Positions 25,216 to 34,875 of a stretch of 50,679 nucleotides of DNA are shown piece by piece. The position numbers and the translations under genes were made by a program. The notes below the pieces were generated by a model. It had not been told where the DNA came from. It worked only from the letters and a program-made list of their open reading frames with translations, and did not search any database. This DNA comes from a virus. Its lineage: Duplodnaviria; Caudoviricetes. The stretch spans positions 1-50,679 of the IMG/VR virus record IMGVR_UViG_3300033153_003782; one strand, written 5' to 3'. How positions within the stretch are numbered: position 1 is the first letter of the stretch; each line of letters opens with the position of its first letter.

Positions 25216-25652
25216 TTTAAAACCTCTGGTAAAGCAAATCTTCTGCCAATAATTCGGACGCCACGGTAGTAAATATAACGACGCAGCCAACAGACGCCGT
25301 CATCGGCGAGCCATTGCTTAAATAGCTGGTCTCCTTGCAGTCGTAACTCGTCGAACCGCCGGGCGTAGTCGGGGGCGGACCGGCTTATTAGTAAACTCTC
25401 TCGTAAAATCTGGTATAGGCAGTCGTGGCCTAAACCGGCGAGCATTGTATTTTTTGTGTCCCAAGTAGGGCCACTGCACCCGTCCCACATATACCCGGCT
25501 TTTATAAGTAGCACCCCGTCACGGGTTAGCTTGAAATACGCGGTTTCTATGCTGTGCCCAAATATGCCCACATAGAGAACCACTTCGACGGTCGTCTGGT
25601 ACTTGTATTTTTTGTGCTCTATACGTTTATAGTGTACTCCGGCAAAAATCAC
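25212..25652 (-). CDS. DUF1353 family protein
   Basis: GY.WDG.SGP, AGL.HD.LY, D.LF, Y.GVR..G. Confidence 0.8.
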   Translation of the reverse strand: MIFAGVHYKRIEHKKYKYQTTVEVVLYVGIFGHSIETAYFKLTRDGVLLIKAGYMWDGCSGPTWDTKNTMLAGLGHDCLYQILRESLLISRSAPDYARRFDELRLQGDQLFKQWLADDGVCWLRRYIYYRGVRIIGRRFALPEVLK

Positions 25653-25957
25653 TTTTCGCGCTCCTTTAAAGCCTTAAGTGTGGCGATATCTATGGCAAAA
25701 CTTTTGTTCTCCCTCCGCATTTCTTTTTGTTCCGTTCGTATCTCGACCATACCGTTATTTATCTGGTCGTACTTTTTTTCAACTATGGCACTTAGAGCGG
25801 CGTGATTTTTCTCAATCAGTACGGTCATGGCTAGGTCAGCTTTCTCGTTGCTCGTCTGGTCCCGGACGTAAAACGCACCGATACCAGTTAATAAAATGCC
25901 CAGTAGCGCAATCGTAAGGCCCTTATAGTCTTGTAACATATCTTTACTCCAGCTCAT
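25649..25957 (-). CDS. Single-TM coiled-coil protein (holin- or i-spanin-like)
   Basis: LTIALLGILLTGIGAFYV followed by heptad repeats. Confidence 0.5.
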   Translation of the reverse strand: MSWSKDMLQDYKGLTIALLGILLTGIGAFYVRDQTSNEKADLAMTVLIEKNHAALSAIVEKKYDQINNGMVEIRTEQKEMRRENKSFAIDIATLKALKEREK

Positions 25958-26142
25958 TGCAACAAAGGTAAAGACCCCTCCGCTGATTGCGCCGCCGAGT
26001 TGCCTTTCAAGTCGCTCCCTGTGATTGTAACGTCACACCCCCAAGCGTCTTTTAATTTAACATCTTTCGGCGCGTATACCACAGTTAGAGAGCAGCCAAC
26101 GCCAAAAAACGCCACCACTAAGGTGGCCACCGCGCGTCGCAT
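25954..26142 (-). CDS. Small lipoprotein (possible o-spanin)
   Basis: MRR, hydrophobic stretch, then GVGC lipobox. Confidence 0.55.
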   Translation of the reverse strand: MRRAVATLVVAFFGVGCSLTVVYAPKDVKLKDAWGCDVTITGSDLKGNSAAQSAEGSLPLLQ

Positions 26143-26642
26143 TACGCCCCGGCTAGGAAGTCTTTACGCTCTCCCCTTACGTCCGCGTGGCTGTACGGTA
26201 CTGAACCAACAGCACCCAAAAAGCCCAAGCTATACGTGGTGCTCGCTTTCTCGGTGTAATAGAACGCATACAACGCGTCTAACCACTCCCAGTTAGCCTT
26301 CGCCATGGGCAGGTCCCCCTCGACCGCGCCGCCGCCCTCCACTAACGCCTCGGACTTGTCCATCTCGCCTTGTAGGTTGGCGTCTATGTTATTTCTCTGG
26401 AACGCATAGCACTGGTTGTAATACGCCTCTACCTCGGCTGCTAATATAGCCACCTGCTCGCCTACTGAATCCCACACAAGGAGGCCACCGTCTACGTGCC
26501 AGTACTTGGGCGTGCCCCCAGGTAGCGTCTCCTCTTGCACAATAACTTGGCTTGCGCCTGGGGTCGGCTCTGCGCCGATAACCTGCTCGATAGAGCAGCC
26601 TAACTGTGCCCCGGTCTGAGTTACTAAGTATACTTTTCCCAT
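26142..26642 (-). CDS. Putative tail fibre assembly protein
   Basis: Immediately downstream of a fibre gene; acidic. Confidence 0.45.
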   Translation of the reverse strand: MGKVYLVTQTGAQLGCSIEQVIGAEPTPGASQVIVQEETLPGGTPKYWHVDGGLLVWDSVGEQVAILAAEVEAYYNQCYAFQRNNIDANLQGEMDKSEALVEGGGAVEGDLPMAKANWEWLDALYAFYYTEKASTTYSLGFLGAVGSVPYSHADVRGERKDFLAGA

Positions 26643-26644
26643 TT

Positions 26645-27343
26645 TTAAACCTCCCTACTTACTTTAATGTCTACAATCGATGGGTCCTGCGCGGACCCGT
26701 CACTTACGCCGGAAACAAGAAAAGAGAACCCATTAACCGTCTTAGTTGTGTCATCATAGCAAACAGACCTTTCTGATGCTCCCTCACTACCGACTAAGAT
26801 ATCAGTAGCGTACTCAAGGCTGCTCATAGGGGTACCAAAAGTAACTGTGTACTTCCCGCTAGCATCTCTCACTACTGACGCATTACTCGACCAACTTGTG
26901 GAGGGGACACCGCCCGAGACAGTAAACACTATCCATGTGTCAGTTATTAACCCCGATCCTATTGCGGTTTTAAATTTAAGCGGTGTTATGAACCTCTCGT
27001 CGTCTAGGCCAGCGTCCGTTTCCGCCTGTGTGGCTATCTCGGCTTTACCTGCTACCGTCTCAGTGGCGGCGGGTACGTTGCTGTCTATAGCCGTTGCGAC
27101 TATGAAGTCCAAGGCGTCGCGGTATTGAGACGTTACGACCGTGTCGGGCACGCCGGACGGGACTATCCCCGCGGTGTCTAAGATACCTTGGAAGAAACCA
27201 AACCAATCATTGACCATATTAGCCACAAAGGGCGTGCCCGTGTTGTCTCCTGGGACGGTTATATTCTGCGCAGCCCCGTAGATGTACGCGGCGTTCGGTG
27301 CTTGAGTTTGTGACGGCCATTCTGCCGATGGATTAAGAGCCAT
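26645..27343 (-). CDS. Short tail fibre protein
   Basis: ATETVAGKAEIATQAETDAG.DD...ITPLK fibre motif; SVVR..SGKYTVTF C-domain. Confidence 0.7.
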   Translation of the reverse strand: MALNPSAEWPSQTQAPNAAYIYGAAQNITVPGDNTGTPFVANMVNDWFGFFQGILDTAGIVPSGVPDTVVTSQYRDALDFIVATAIDSNVPAATETVAGKAEIATQAETDAGLDDERFITPLKFKTAIGSGLITDTWIVFTVSGGVPSTSWSSNASVVRDASGKYTVTFGTPMSSLEYATDILVGSEGASERSVCYDDTTKTVNGFSFLVSGVSDGSAQDPSIVDIKVSREV

Positions 27344-27365
27344 TGCTATTTTCCTTTTTTATAAT

Positions 27366-29627
27366 TTAAGATGTACATTCTATGTTTAACGTCGCCCCGT
27401 CGAAGGTTGGGCCCCCCACAGGATTGGTGGTTATAAATCCTGCTTGGTCGTCTAGTTCTTCGCCTACGGTTCCCGTCCAATTGGCTAGCCTTGGTGCATA
27501 AACACAATTGTCGGTTATGTCCGTGTCTATGTCGTCAAAGCATTCGGGGAGACCGGCCCGGTATAGGTTCGTCACGTCCGCCGGGGCTAGATATTCGTCG
27601 AACTTTTTAGGAAGTGTTATAGAGCCGTGGAAATAGTCCTCACTGCCCCCCACCGTCACTTGGTTAGCCCCCACTACGAAAAGGGAACCCTTCAAGGATA
27701 GGGTCGTTGTGGCTATGGTATTACCCCCTATGTCTACGCCGTCTAGGTACACCCGCTGGTTACCGGGCTCGACCGCGACCGTTATCATATGCCAATCGGT
27801 GTCGTTCACATTTCCGAAAGATCCGATACTTTGGTACGCTCCGACGGGAGTATTTCTGAATCCCGCGGATATGGAATTGTCCGCAAGAACTGCTAGATCT
27901 AACCTAGCGAAAGCCCCGCCCGAGGTTGTAGACTCAAAAAACAGGCCGTGATTGGCCCCTGTAGCGGACCTCTTCGCCCATATATTGAGCGACCATGTCG
28001 ACCCGTCTATCCCGCTAGCGTTAGCGGTGAAATACTGGCCGATGCCGTCTAAGTGCGTGGTATTAGCGGTGAATATGGTCGGTGGTATAATCGCCCCCGG
28101 CGCGTCGACACAAGCCACCTGTACGCGACCCGTGAAGGGTACGCTCCCGTTATTGGTGATCGTTAGGCCCCCGACATGCTCTACCAGTTCTTGCCCTTCG
28201 TGGTCTTGCCAGTTAGCCAGCTCCACAAATAACACCTCCCCGTCCTTCATGGTGTCTGTGCGGCCGTCATAGCAAGTGGCATTATTTTGCCGGTATAGTT
28301 CCTCTACGACGGGTGATTTATCGGTATTATATATACCCACAAAAGCCAATTCACCGCGTAGGTTTGAGCCAGGCATGTTAAACCCGCCACCGAGGGTACT
28401 ATCCGCGAAATACGCGCCGGTCATTATCTGCCCGAAAGTCTGGCTGGTATCTTCGTGGACTAGCACCGCGTCAACGTAAATTTGAAAGGTGTTCGTCCCG
28501 CTGTTTATTACCGCCAACACGTGGACGTCTTGGAAACTAGGGATTATGTACGTAGACGTCGTAGAAATGAAAGGCCCATTGTCTACCTCTCTGAATCCTA
28601 TACTAAGCTCCCCGGCTATGCCTAAGGTAAACTGTATGCGTGGCTGTCCGCTAGTCGTCTGTGTCTCTTGAAAAATTGCTCGTACCCCGCTACCCGTTCC
28701 GGTAATGCGTAGGAAAGCCTCGAAGGATATGATTTCCTCTGCACTAGTGACACCCCCCGGATACGTGAAAGTCTGATCCGTGCCGTCCAGTAACGCGCGG
28801 TTAGCCGTGAACGTGTACTCTATACGCATGCCTAGCCACAGTTGCAGTGGGCATATTTTCAAGCATAAATCTTCGAACTCGTCGCGACGTAATAAGGGTA
28901 CATACGCGAAGGTCGGGAAATCTTCCCCGCCAATATATAGGAAGTACGCCCACTTTGCCGGGTCCGAGGGTATTATGTATTCTTTACGCTGGAAAACTGT
29001 AGCGTCAAACATACCGCATTGTGCGTCAAGTTCCCCACATTGCGCGACGAGTTCCCCACATAAAGGAATGAATTTTTTATCTGTGTTGAATATTTTATTA
29101 ACAAGCGCATAACCTAGCGGGGCGTCGTATACCTCCCCTGCTTGCGCTGCTTGCTCCCCGCATAAGGCCAACGGTTCGCCACAGGCAGCTGAAAACCCTT
29201 GCGGTGCGTTCGGTTGCTCTAGGAATGAAAGCGGGTTCCGAGGCGTTGCGCACGCGTGAGTGTCCAGTGGTGGCTCGGTGCCTGGCACCCACCATTCATG
29301 TACAAACACCGGGAAGCCGGCAGCCTGCAAAGTGTCTTGAATGTATCGTGGGTCCTGTCCCCCGATTGCTTTCCAAGTAGCATCGAGACGGTCGCGCCGT
29401 TGCTGCGTTGTTAGGCCCGTATCGGGTAGGCCCCACTGATCGTCCCACGCGTCAAGTTCTCGCGTAGTAGAGGGAAAGATATCTAAATATACTTCGTTAA
29501 CGTAGTCTTCCACATCCTGCGGTAGCTCTGTAAGACCCTCGAAAAATTCTGTTAGCTGCTTGCCCGCTGCGAGGCGCCACGCCCGCGCCTTGGGTAAAAT
29601 ATGCTCAAATATCCTTAAGTACTTCAT
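27366..29627 (-). CDS. Baseplate wedge protein (YmfQ/DUF2313, Mu gp48-like) fused to two LamG-like domains
   Basis: LP...AW, P.TT.EL..W...WGLPD N-terminus; HVLAV..FQIYVD and DTDWHMITV...VYLDG; follows baseplate J. Confidence 0.7.
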   Translation of the reverse strand: MKYLRIFEHILPKARAWRLAAGKQLTEFFEGLTELPQDVEDYVNEVYLDIFPSTTRELDAWDDQWGLPDTGLTTQQRRDRLDATWKAIGGQDPRYIQDTLQAAGFPVFVHEWWVPGTEPPLDTHACATPRNPLSFLEQPNAPQGFSAACGEPLALCGEQAAQAGEVYDAPLGYALVNKIFNTDKKFIPLCGELVAQCGELDAQCGMFDATVFQRKEYIIPSDPAKWAYFLYIGGEDFPTFAYVPLLRRDEFEDLCLKICPLQLWLGMRIEYTFTANRALLDGTDQTFTYPGGVTSAEEIISFEAFLRITGTGSGVRAIFQETQTTSGQPRIQFTLGIAGELSIGFREVDNGPFISTTSTYIIPSFQDVHVLAVINSGTNTFQIYVDAVLVHEDTSQTFGQIMTGAYFADSTLGGGFNMPGSNLRGELAFVGIYNTDKSPVVEELYRQNNATCYDGRTDTMKDGEVLFVELANWQDHEGQELVEHVGGLTITNNGSVPFTGRVQVACVDAPGAIIPPTIFTANTTHLDGIGQYFTANASGIDGSTWSLNIWAKRSATGANHGLFFESTTSGGAFARLDLAVLADNSISAGFRNTPVGAYQSIGSFGNVNDTDWHMITVAVEPGNQRVYLDGVDIGGNTIATTTLSLKGSLFVVGANQVTVGGSEDYFHGSITLPKKFDEYLAPADVTNLYRAGLPECFDDIDTDITDNCVYAPRLANWTGTVGEELDDQAGFITTNPVGGPTFDGATLNIECTS

Positions 29628-30820
29628 ACGTATGTAATACTTCCTAGTTTAGCTTTTTCCCCTTCGCCAAGCCCGTACAGTGGTGTCGATAGCGTGTCTT
29701 TAAACACGAAAGCGCCAAGGAATATGCCTCCTGCGGCGTTGACTATGTCGTCCACAATTCCCGCAACTGCTGTCTGCGTTATGCGGTCCCGCCTTGGTGG
29801 AATTGAAAGCCCGTGTATAAACGGCTCGGCGTCTAAAAAATACTGTGTTAAAGCGGTCTCAATTGTGTCCTGCACGGTGGCGACGTCAAAGACGTTTAGT
29901 CCGGATATCTCGACGTCGAAATCGGGGCGCGTTATCGAGAAAACATTAACGAGCGCGCCGGCGGGGCGTCTGCTTGCTAGTCCGTTATCGTCTAGCTGGA
30001 TGCTGTCGTAAACGGCTTGTAGTTGTGGAGTAGTTGGGAAGCCGTCCGGGCTGCCACTGCTCAATTCTGTGGCTTCGGCGTACACATCGACTTGGCCTGG
30101 ACACGCGGACGTATACGGGTAGACGTTTATAATGCCCGCGACTTCTTCGCCCCAAATTTCATAATCTGCGTACGCGCCACCCTGTGGGCGTTTTTGAAAT
30201 CTGTCAATAACCCGCTGCCGGTAGACTTCCGGGTCCTCGGCGTCCGCAGCGGTCACAACTTGAGCGATTACTACCGTGGCGCTCGCGACGTTCGGTAATG
30301 GGTTAGCAAAATTTAGTATGGCGCCGGGGTCAAGATTGCCGATAGTACCAGCCCCACCCCCGCCGGACGGATCGCTCACGGCCACGACGTCAACCTGCTT
30401 CGTGGCCGCGTCAAGGACTACGCCTCCAAGCGTTAAATATACCACGTTATTGGTGCCCCCGATTAGCTGCGAGCCGGTCGGCAGAGTTCCGGTCTGGTTC
30501 TGCACGGTTATTTCTATAGTCAATTCGGCATTTGTCGCGGACGTTGGCGCCCCTACCCCGATAAGCTCCCCCCATATCGTGAGTGGGTTGATAGCTACGC
30601 CGAAAATTGTAGTTTCCTTGGCGCTCGCTGTCTTCACAAAAATTTGGAGGAACATAAAACCCGCGTACTTGTACAAGAGTACAAAAATAGCGGCTAGGGA
30701 CTTGGATAAAACCCGTAAAAAGGATTTTGGTAAAAGGGGTATCGTCTGGCCTAGTGTTACCTCTAGCGACGCGATAATATTGTCGCTTATTTCTTTCGTG
30801 GTTTTTGTGTCAAGGCTCAC
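29624..30820 (-). CDS. Baseplate J-like protein (Mu gp47 family)
   Basis: G..GNL.PG, DAE..E.YR.R, PQGGA.ADY..W; GTG start overlaps the gp46-like stop. Confidence 0.88.
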   Translation of the reverse strand: MSLDTKTTKEISDNIIASLEVTLGQTIPLLPKSFLRVLSKSLAAIFVLLYKYAGFMFLQIFVKTASAKETTIFGVAINPLTIWGELIGVGAPTSATNAELTIEITVQNQTGTLPTGSQLIGGTNNVVYLTLGGVVLDAATKQVDVVAVSDPSGGGGAGTIGNLDPGAILNFANPLPNVASATVVIAQVVTAADAEDPEVYRQRVIDRFQKRPQGGAYADYEIWGEEVAGIINVYPYTSACPGQVDVYAEATELSSGSPDGFPTTPQLQAVYDSIQLDDNGLASRRPAGALVNVFSITRPDFDVEISGLNVFDVATVQDTIETALTQYFLDAEPFIHGLSIPPRRDRITQTAVAGIVDDIVNAAGGIFLGAFVFKDTLSTPLYGLGEGEKAKLGSITYV

Positions 30821-31257
30821 GACGTAGCTCTCCAATTTTCGGTAAATTCAAAACTTGATTCCTCGCCCTCGGCGCTGATATCGATAATTATTTTAACTTG
30901 GTTGACCCCGGATAACGCCGCGGAGACCTCAACCGACGAGGCAATACTCCCGGTTAAGAAAAATGATAAGTCTCTTTTCGCGGCGTCTTCTATGCGTAGT
31001 AAATTGTTAGACGTTGGGGGTATTGACTGTAAAAGATTTTGTGTCTCGCTAACGTATCGGCGGGCGGGTTCGTTCTCGCTTAAATTGCCCCACCATGTTT
31101 CGGCACTGCCGGATAGTCCCGTGTCGTCTTCGTTGCCTCCAAAAAGGGCCAAATACGCGGCCGTGGAGAATGTGCCGGTCATGGTCACAAGTCCGTCAAT
31201 GACTTCGATATCTCCGTCGTCGTTGGTCTGACATAATAGTACATCACCTTGCTGCAT
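30817..31257 (-). CDS. Baseplate protein, Mu gp46-like
   Basis: TA...LF, WWG motif, gene position. Confidence 0.75.
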   Translation of the reverse strand: MQQGDVLLCQTNDDGDIEVIDGLVTMTGTFSTAAYLALFGGNEDDTGLSGSAETWWGNLSENEPARRYVSETQNLLQSIPPTSNNLLRIEDAAKRDLSFFLTGSIASSVEVSAALSGVNQVKIIIDISAEGEESSFEFTENWRATS

Positions 31258-31348
31258 TAGCCACTAGTCCCTAAACATATGTTAATAGCTATAGTAGCGC
31301 ACTTTAAAGAAAATACACCGCAGGCGCGCAGGTAAACGCCTTCAAACG

Positions 31349-31810
31349 CTAACATGCTGTTACGGCGGCTACGCTAGGCGCGGACGGTATCGGGGGTATA
31401 GGCACCGACGTAACCGCCGCGAATGCGTCCTGAACCTCTGTTATTTTTGTGGAATAATCTAAGGCTAACACCGTGGAGACGGGTATCATGTCAGTAACGG
31501 TAGCTAAGAGGTCATCATAGGGCTTCTGAAAAATTGCGGCGATGTCCGCTAAATAGGTCAATACGTCCTGCGGGTCAACGGGTGGAGAAATTACGGGGAG
31601 TAACAGGTCGAGCTGGTCACAAGCCTTATCGGTAACCCCTGTTAGCGCTTGGTTACAAGTGTTGCCGATTTTAGTCATTTGGTCCGTGAACCCCGCCGAG
31701 GCGTCGTTCAGCTCCGTAGGTGACAAAGAGTCTAAAAACGCTACACTCGGCACCGGTATGCTGTCGATAGTCGACTGTAGGTTATCGTAGTATGCTGTAT
31801 TAATTCCCAT
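31349..31810 (-). CDS. Hypothetical acidic helical protein in baseplate region
   Basis: AAGGGA SD, co-oriented. Confidence 0.7.
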   Translation of the reverse strand: MGINTAYYDNLQSTIDSIPVPSVAFLDSLSPTELNDASAGFTDQMTKIGNTCNQALTGVTDKACDQLDLLLPVISPPVDPQDVLTYLADIAAIFQKPYDDLLATVTDMIPVSTVLALDYSTKITEVQDAFAAVTSVPIPPIPSAPSVAAVTAC

Positions 31811-31821
31811 GTTTCGTTCCC

Positions 31822-32409
31822 TTAAGTTATCGCTACGGCGATGCCATTAATAAATGTGACTGTGGACACGGGCGTAGCTATACCCGAAACGCCTATATCA
31901 ACATTAAAATTACCGTAAACGTTTGTGTCGTTAGTGGTGAGGTTTATCTGCTTTCCTGTTTCTATATTTGCACTCTCTGCGGCGTCGAGGTTTACACTCT
32001 CCGCGGTCTCGGCGTTTATACTCTCCGCCGCCTCGATATTTAATCCTCCCAACTGGGTCCATTCAGCGCTAGAATTTGGGGTACTTAATACAACGGCCCC
32101 GCTGCTTTTAAGCCACACCTCGCAGATAGCTACGCCGTCGACGTCCCGCGCGTATATCCGTTTATCGCCCTCCGTGGCCTTGGGGGCGTTGACTGTGTCC
32201 ATATATCCTACGGCAATCTTTCGCCCCGTCCTCTGTGTGGGCATCGCCGCGACGAAGTCCTCCAACATCGGGAACGAGTCGTCACCAGGGTCGGCGAAAT
32301 GCTCATACGTCCCGAGGGGTCTACCGCCAGGGTCGCACTTTACGTCGGTAATATTCGAGCCGTTGCGGATGGTGCGCGTAAAAGACTTAATTATTGCTAT
32401 CAATCCCAT
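31822..32409 (-). CDS. Baseplate spike (Mu gp45/gpV-like)
   Basis: G.DS.P and EG..RIY motifs; 8-residue beta repeats (AAESINAE TAESVNLD AAESANIE). Confidence 0.75.
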   Translation of the reverse strand: MGLIAIIKSFTRTIRNGSNITDVKCDPGGRPLGTYEHFADPGDDSFPMLEDFVAAMPTQRTGRKIAVGYMDTVNAPKATEGDKRIYARDVDGVAICEVWLKSSGAVVLSTPNSSAEWTQLGGLNIEAAESINAETAESVNLDAAESANIETGKQINLTTNDTNVYGNFNVDIGVSGIATPVSTVTFINGIAVAIT

Positions 32410-33638
32410 GGTAATGTCTCCGGTATTTCGCCCGAAAAGCTGCCGGGTATAATTAAATTTAAAGTGACTGTTTCGCTGCCGGCGGACTTATTAAAAGAAA
32501 CGGTACGAATTAAAAAAGTATATTCCTCGAAAATCATAGCTCCCGGCGCGGTTAAATCTATGAGGGTATTCGGCGCCCATAGCACGCCCTCCGGGTCGCG
32601 CCAAGTGTTCAAAGTTATATTGTAGGCCACAACATTGGCGAACATTCGGCCTGCCTTGGCTTTTACCGCTTCCTCGACCTCCCCGGCCTCGGCGTCACGG
32701 ACTATAAAAGTATGCGGACGGGTTACGGTTTTAAGGCGTTCGTTTTTTACCGTAAAGCTCGACCCGGTCGTCCCCGCGTAAACTGGTTCAATGCCGCTTA
32801 CGTGGCTAAAGTACCCTTGTTGATTGAATTGGGGCGCGACGCTTAAAAGTGGGCTCGAGCCCTCTGCCAAGGTTGCCACTATCTTTCCCTCGGACTCGGC
32901 GCGCTGGAATTTTAACGAGCCGAAAGGGTCGCTAGTAATTATTAACCCACGCTGTTGAGCTAAGGTTGTAAAAAAGTTTAATAGGTTACCGTCTGGCTGT
33001 ATCGCTACCCGTTCAAATACTGCACCTGGTGCCCCCGGTCCGTCGATGACGCGTATTCCGAAGGGTTGTACTAAGGACTGCGCAATGTCCACAATATTCA
33101 AGTTATTAAACTCTAGTTGGTAGGAGTCATTGGGTGTGAACGGAGTGCAGTCATTGACAACACCGGGCCGCGCGTACCCCGAAACCGAGACGACTTTCGC
33201 ATCCGCTGTGACGTCCGGCTGTACTGAGATTAGCGTTCCGGTAAAAAGTAGGTCCACACCAACTGAAATCTGTATGTCTTGGTACTGGAACGGCGCGAAC
33301 GACGCGCGAAAGTCCGGGTCGTCTGGTGTCAGCGGCGCGTTAAATGTAAATGTGCTCATTCCGTCCAGTTGTTGCAATACATTAAACGACGTCCAGAATC
33401 TAAAAATTTTATTGTTTATTGCTATGGTGACTTCGTTCTCGTCGGTGAATGGCGTCTCCTGCGCTCTGTCCTGTGGCGCTCCCGCCTGTGGTGGCGTTAT
33501 AATACTAACTCCCGCCGTCAATGTCCCACCCAGTCCGGGGTTAGCCGTGGCAAGTGCTAGGGCGTTAGTTCCCACGCCGTAAACTTTACGGCTAATTAAG
33601 TCGAACGTGTCGCCAATCTGTACAATATAATTAGACAT
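32400..33638 (-). CDS. Baseplate hub (Mu gpP/gp44-like) with N-terminal LysM-like domain
   Basis: YIVQIGDTFDLIS.KVYG...ANP; WR...G.LW.PN. Confidence 0.8.
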   Translation of the reverse strand: MSNYIVQIGDTFDLISRKVYGVGTNALALATANPGLGGTLTAGVSIITPPQAGAPQDRAQETPFTDENEVTIAINNKIFRFWTSFNVLQQLDGMSTFTFNAPLTPDDPDFRASFAPFQYQDIQISVGVDLLFTGTLISVQPDVTADAKVVSVSGYARPGVVNDCTPFTPNDSYQLEFNNLNIVDIAQSLVQPFGIRVIDGPGAPGAVFERVAIQPDGNLLNFFTTLAQQRGLIITSDPFGSLKFQRAESEGKIVATLAEGSSPLLSVAPQFNQQGYFSHVSGIEPVYAGTTGSSFTVKNERLKTVTRPHTFIVRDAEAGEVEEAVKAKAGRMFANVVAYNITLNTWRDPEGVLWAPNTLIDLTAPGAMIFEEYTFLIRTVSFNKSAGSETVTLNLIIPGSFSGEIPETLPWD

Positions 33639-34875
33639 AATAAACTATTTCTTTACCCATGGGCAGTTCTAAAATTTCCGAACCTGTCAGCTCGTTTGAG
33701 TTTATCAAAAAATCGAGCTGGTCGTCTACGCTGCCGTAAATCTCGGCGGCTAAGTCTATTATAGTCCGTCCCCTGTCTAAAACTATCCGGCGCTCTTGCT
33801 TGAGACTAAAAGAAATTTCCACAAGAAAACCCGCGGCAAGTGCTACGGCTTCCTGTAAAGCTTGGTACGCCGCGCCCGTGTCGATCTCTTCGAGCGCTTC
33901 GAAATTGTCATCTCGCCAAACGACGAGCCGGTCCATTTGCGCGAGTACCACCTCGGCCGCCTCAAGTGCTGCGGTTTTCGTTTCAAATTGATTGTTTACC
34001 ACAGAAACAACGGAGGCCGAGACGAAGCCCGACGCGTACATATTCGCGTTGTGAAACCTGTTTGGTATAAGTGAATTATTGCCCGTGTTGACGTTCGCCC
34101 CGTTGCCGGATATGATCGCGTCAAGTAAGTTCCCATACGCGCCTAATTTGTCCGTGATCGCCGAAAGGGCTCGGGCCGGTGCTTGGATCAATAAAACAGT
34201 TTGGAAGGCTAAGGCTAGAGGCTGCCCGATTAGCGTCTCGATGCCGTTGTCTATACTGCCCTTTATCGCGTTGAATTGTGTCTCGACTTCTTTTAGCGTT
34301 TTGGCTATCGGTGCAAGTGCGTTGCTGGCGGTTGTGAGAAACGCGTCGTATTCACTCGCAAAGGTCACAGTTTCTAGGGCGCTGTCGAGGTCTAGGACGT
34401 CGCCGAATTCCTCCGCGCTGGTCTCGTTATAATCTCCAATAGCTCCCAGTACTTCGCCGCTGGCGCTGGCTTGCGAACTCGGGTAAATAATGCCGGTTGT
34501 TTCGAAAAAATTTATTTCAAAAATTGCCTGGTTCGCGGCATCCTTTAAGTCATCGCGCCGGGTTATCGACCCCATTGGCACTACGTCCACAGTCCCATAC
34601 ATTGGGTGTTCTAGCCTGCCGTCCCCGCGCTCGCCTAGCGCGTCGAGAAATGCGTCCGCCTCTTCGTCATAGTCCGCACCCCAGAAAAATACCCGTAACG
34701 GGTAGCGGCGACCGCTGCGGCCGTTGTCCTGCACATAAGTACCGTCAACGCCGGGGAAATCGAAAGCCGCTGTGCGCTTATCAAATCCGACTGCCACATT
34801 CTCAAAATCAAAAGTTAGCCTTTTCCCGGACGGGGAAGTGTAGGCCGCTTGTCTTATTCTATCGGTCCACGACAT
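33631..34875 (-). CDS. DNA circularization N-terminal domain protein (Mu gpN-like)
   Basis: MSW.DR...A, FP..DG.YVQD.GR, G.LEHP.YG. Confidence 0.85.
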   Translation of the reverse strand: MSWTDRIRQAAYTSPSGKRLTFDFENVAVGFDKRTAAFDFPGVDGTYVQDNGRSGRRYPLRVFFWGADYDEEADAFLDALGERGDGRLEHPMYGTVDVVPMGSITRRDDLKDAANQAIFEINFFETTGIIYPSSQASASGEVLGAIGDYNETSAEEFGDVLDLDSALETVTFASEYDAFLTTASNALAPIAKTLKEVETQFNAIKGSIDNGIETLIGQPLALAFQTVLLIQAPARALSAITDKLGAYGNLLDAIISGNGANVNTGNNSLIPNRFHNANMYASGFVSASVVSVVNNQFETKTAALEAAEVVLAQMDRLVVWRDDNFEALEEIDTGAAYQALQEAVALAAGFLVEISFSLKQERRIVLDRGRTIIDLAAEIYGSVDDQLDFLINSNELTGSEILELPMGKEIVYYV

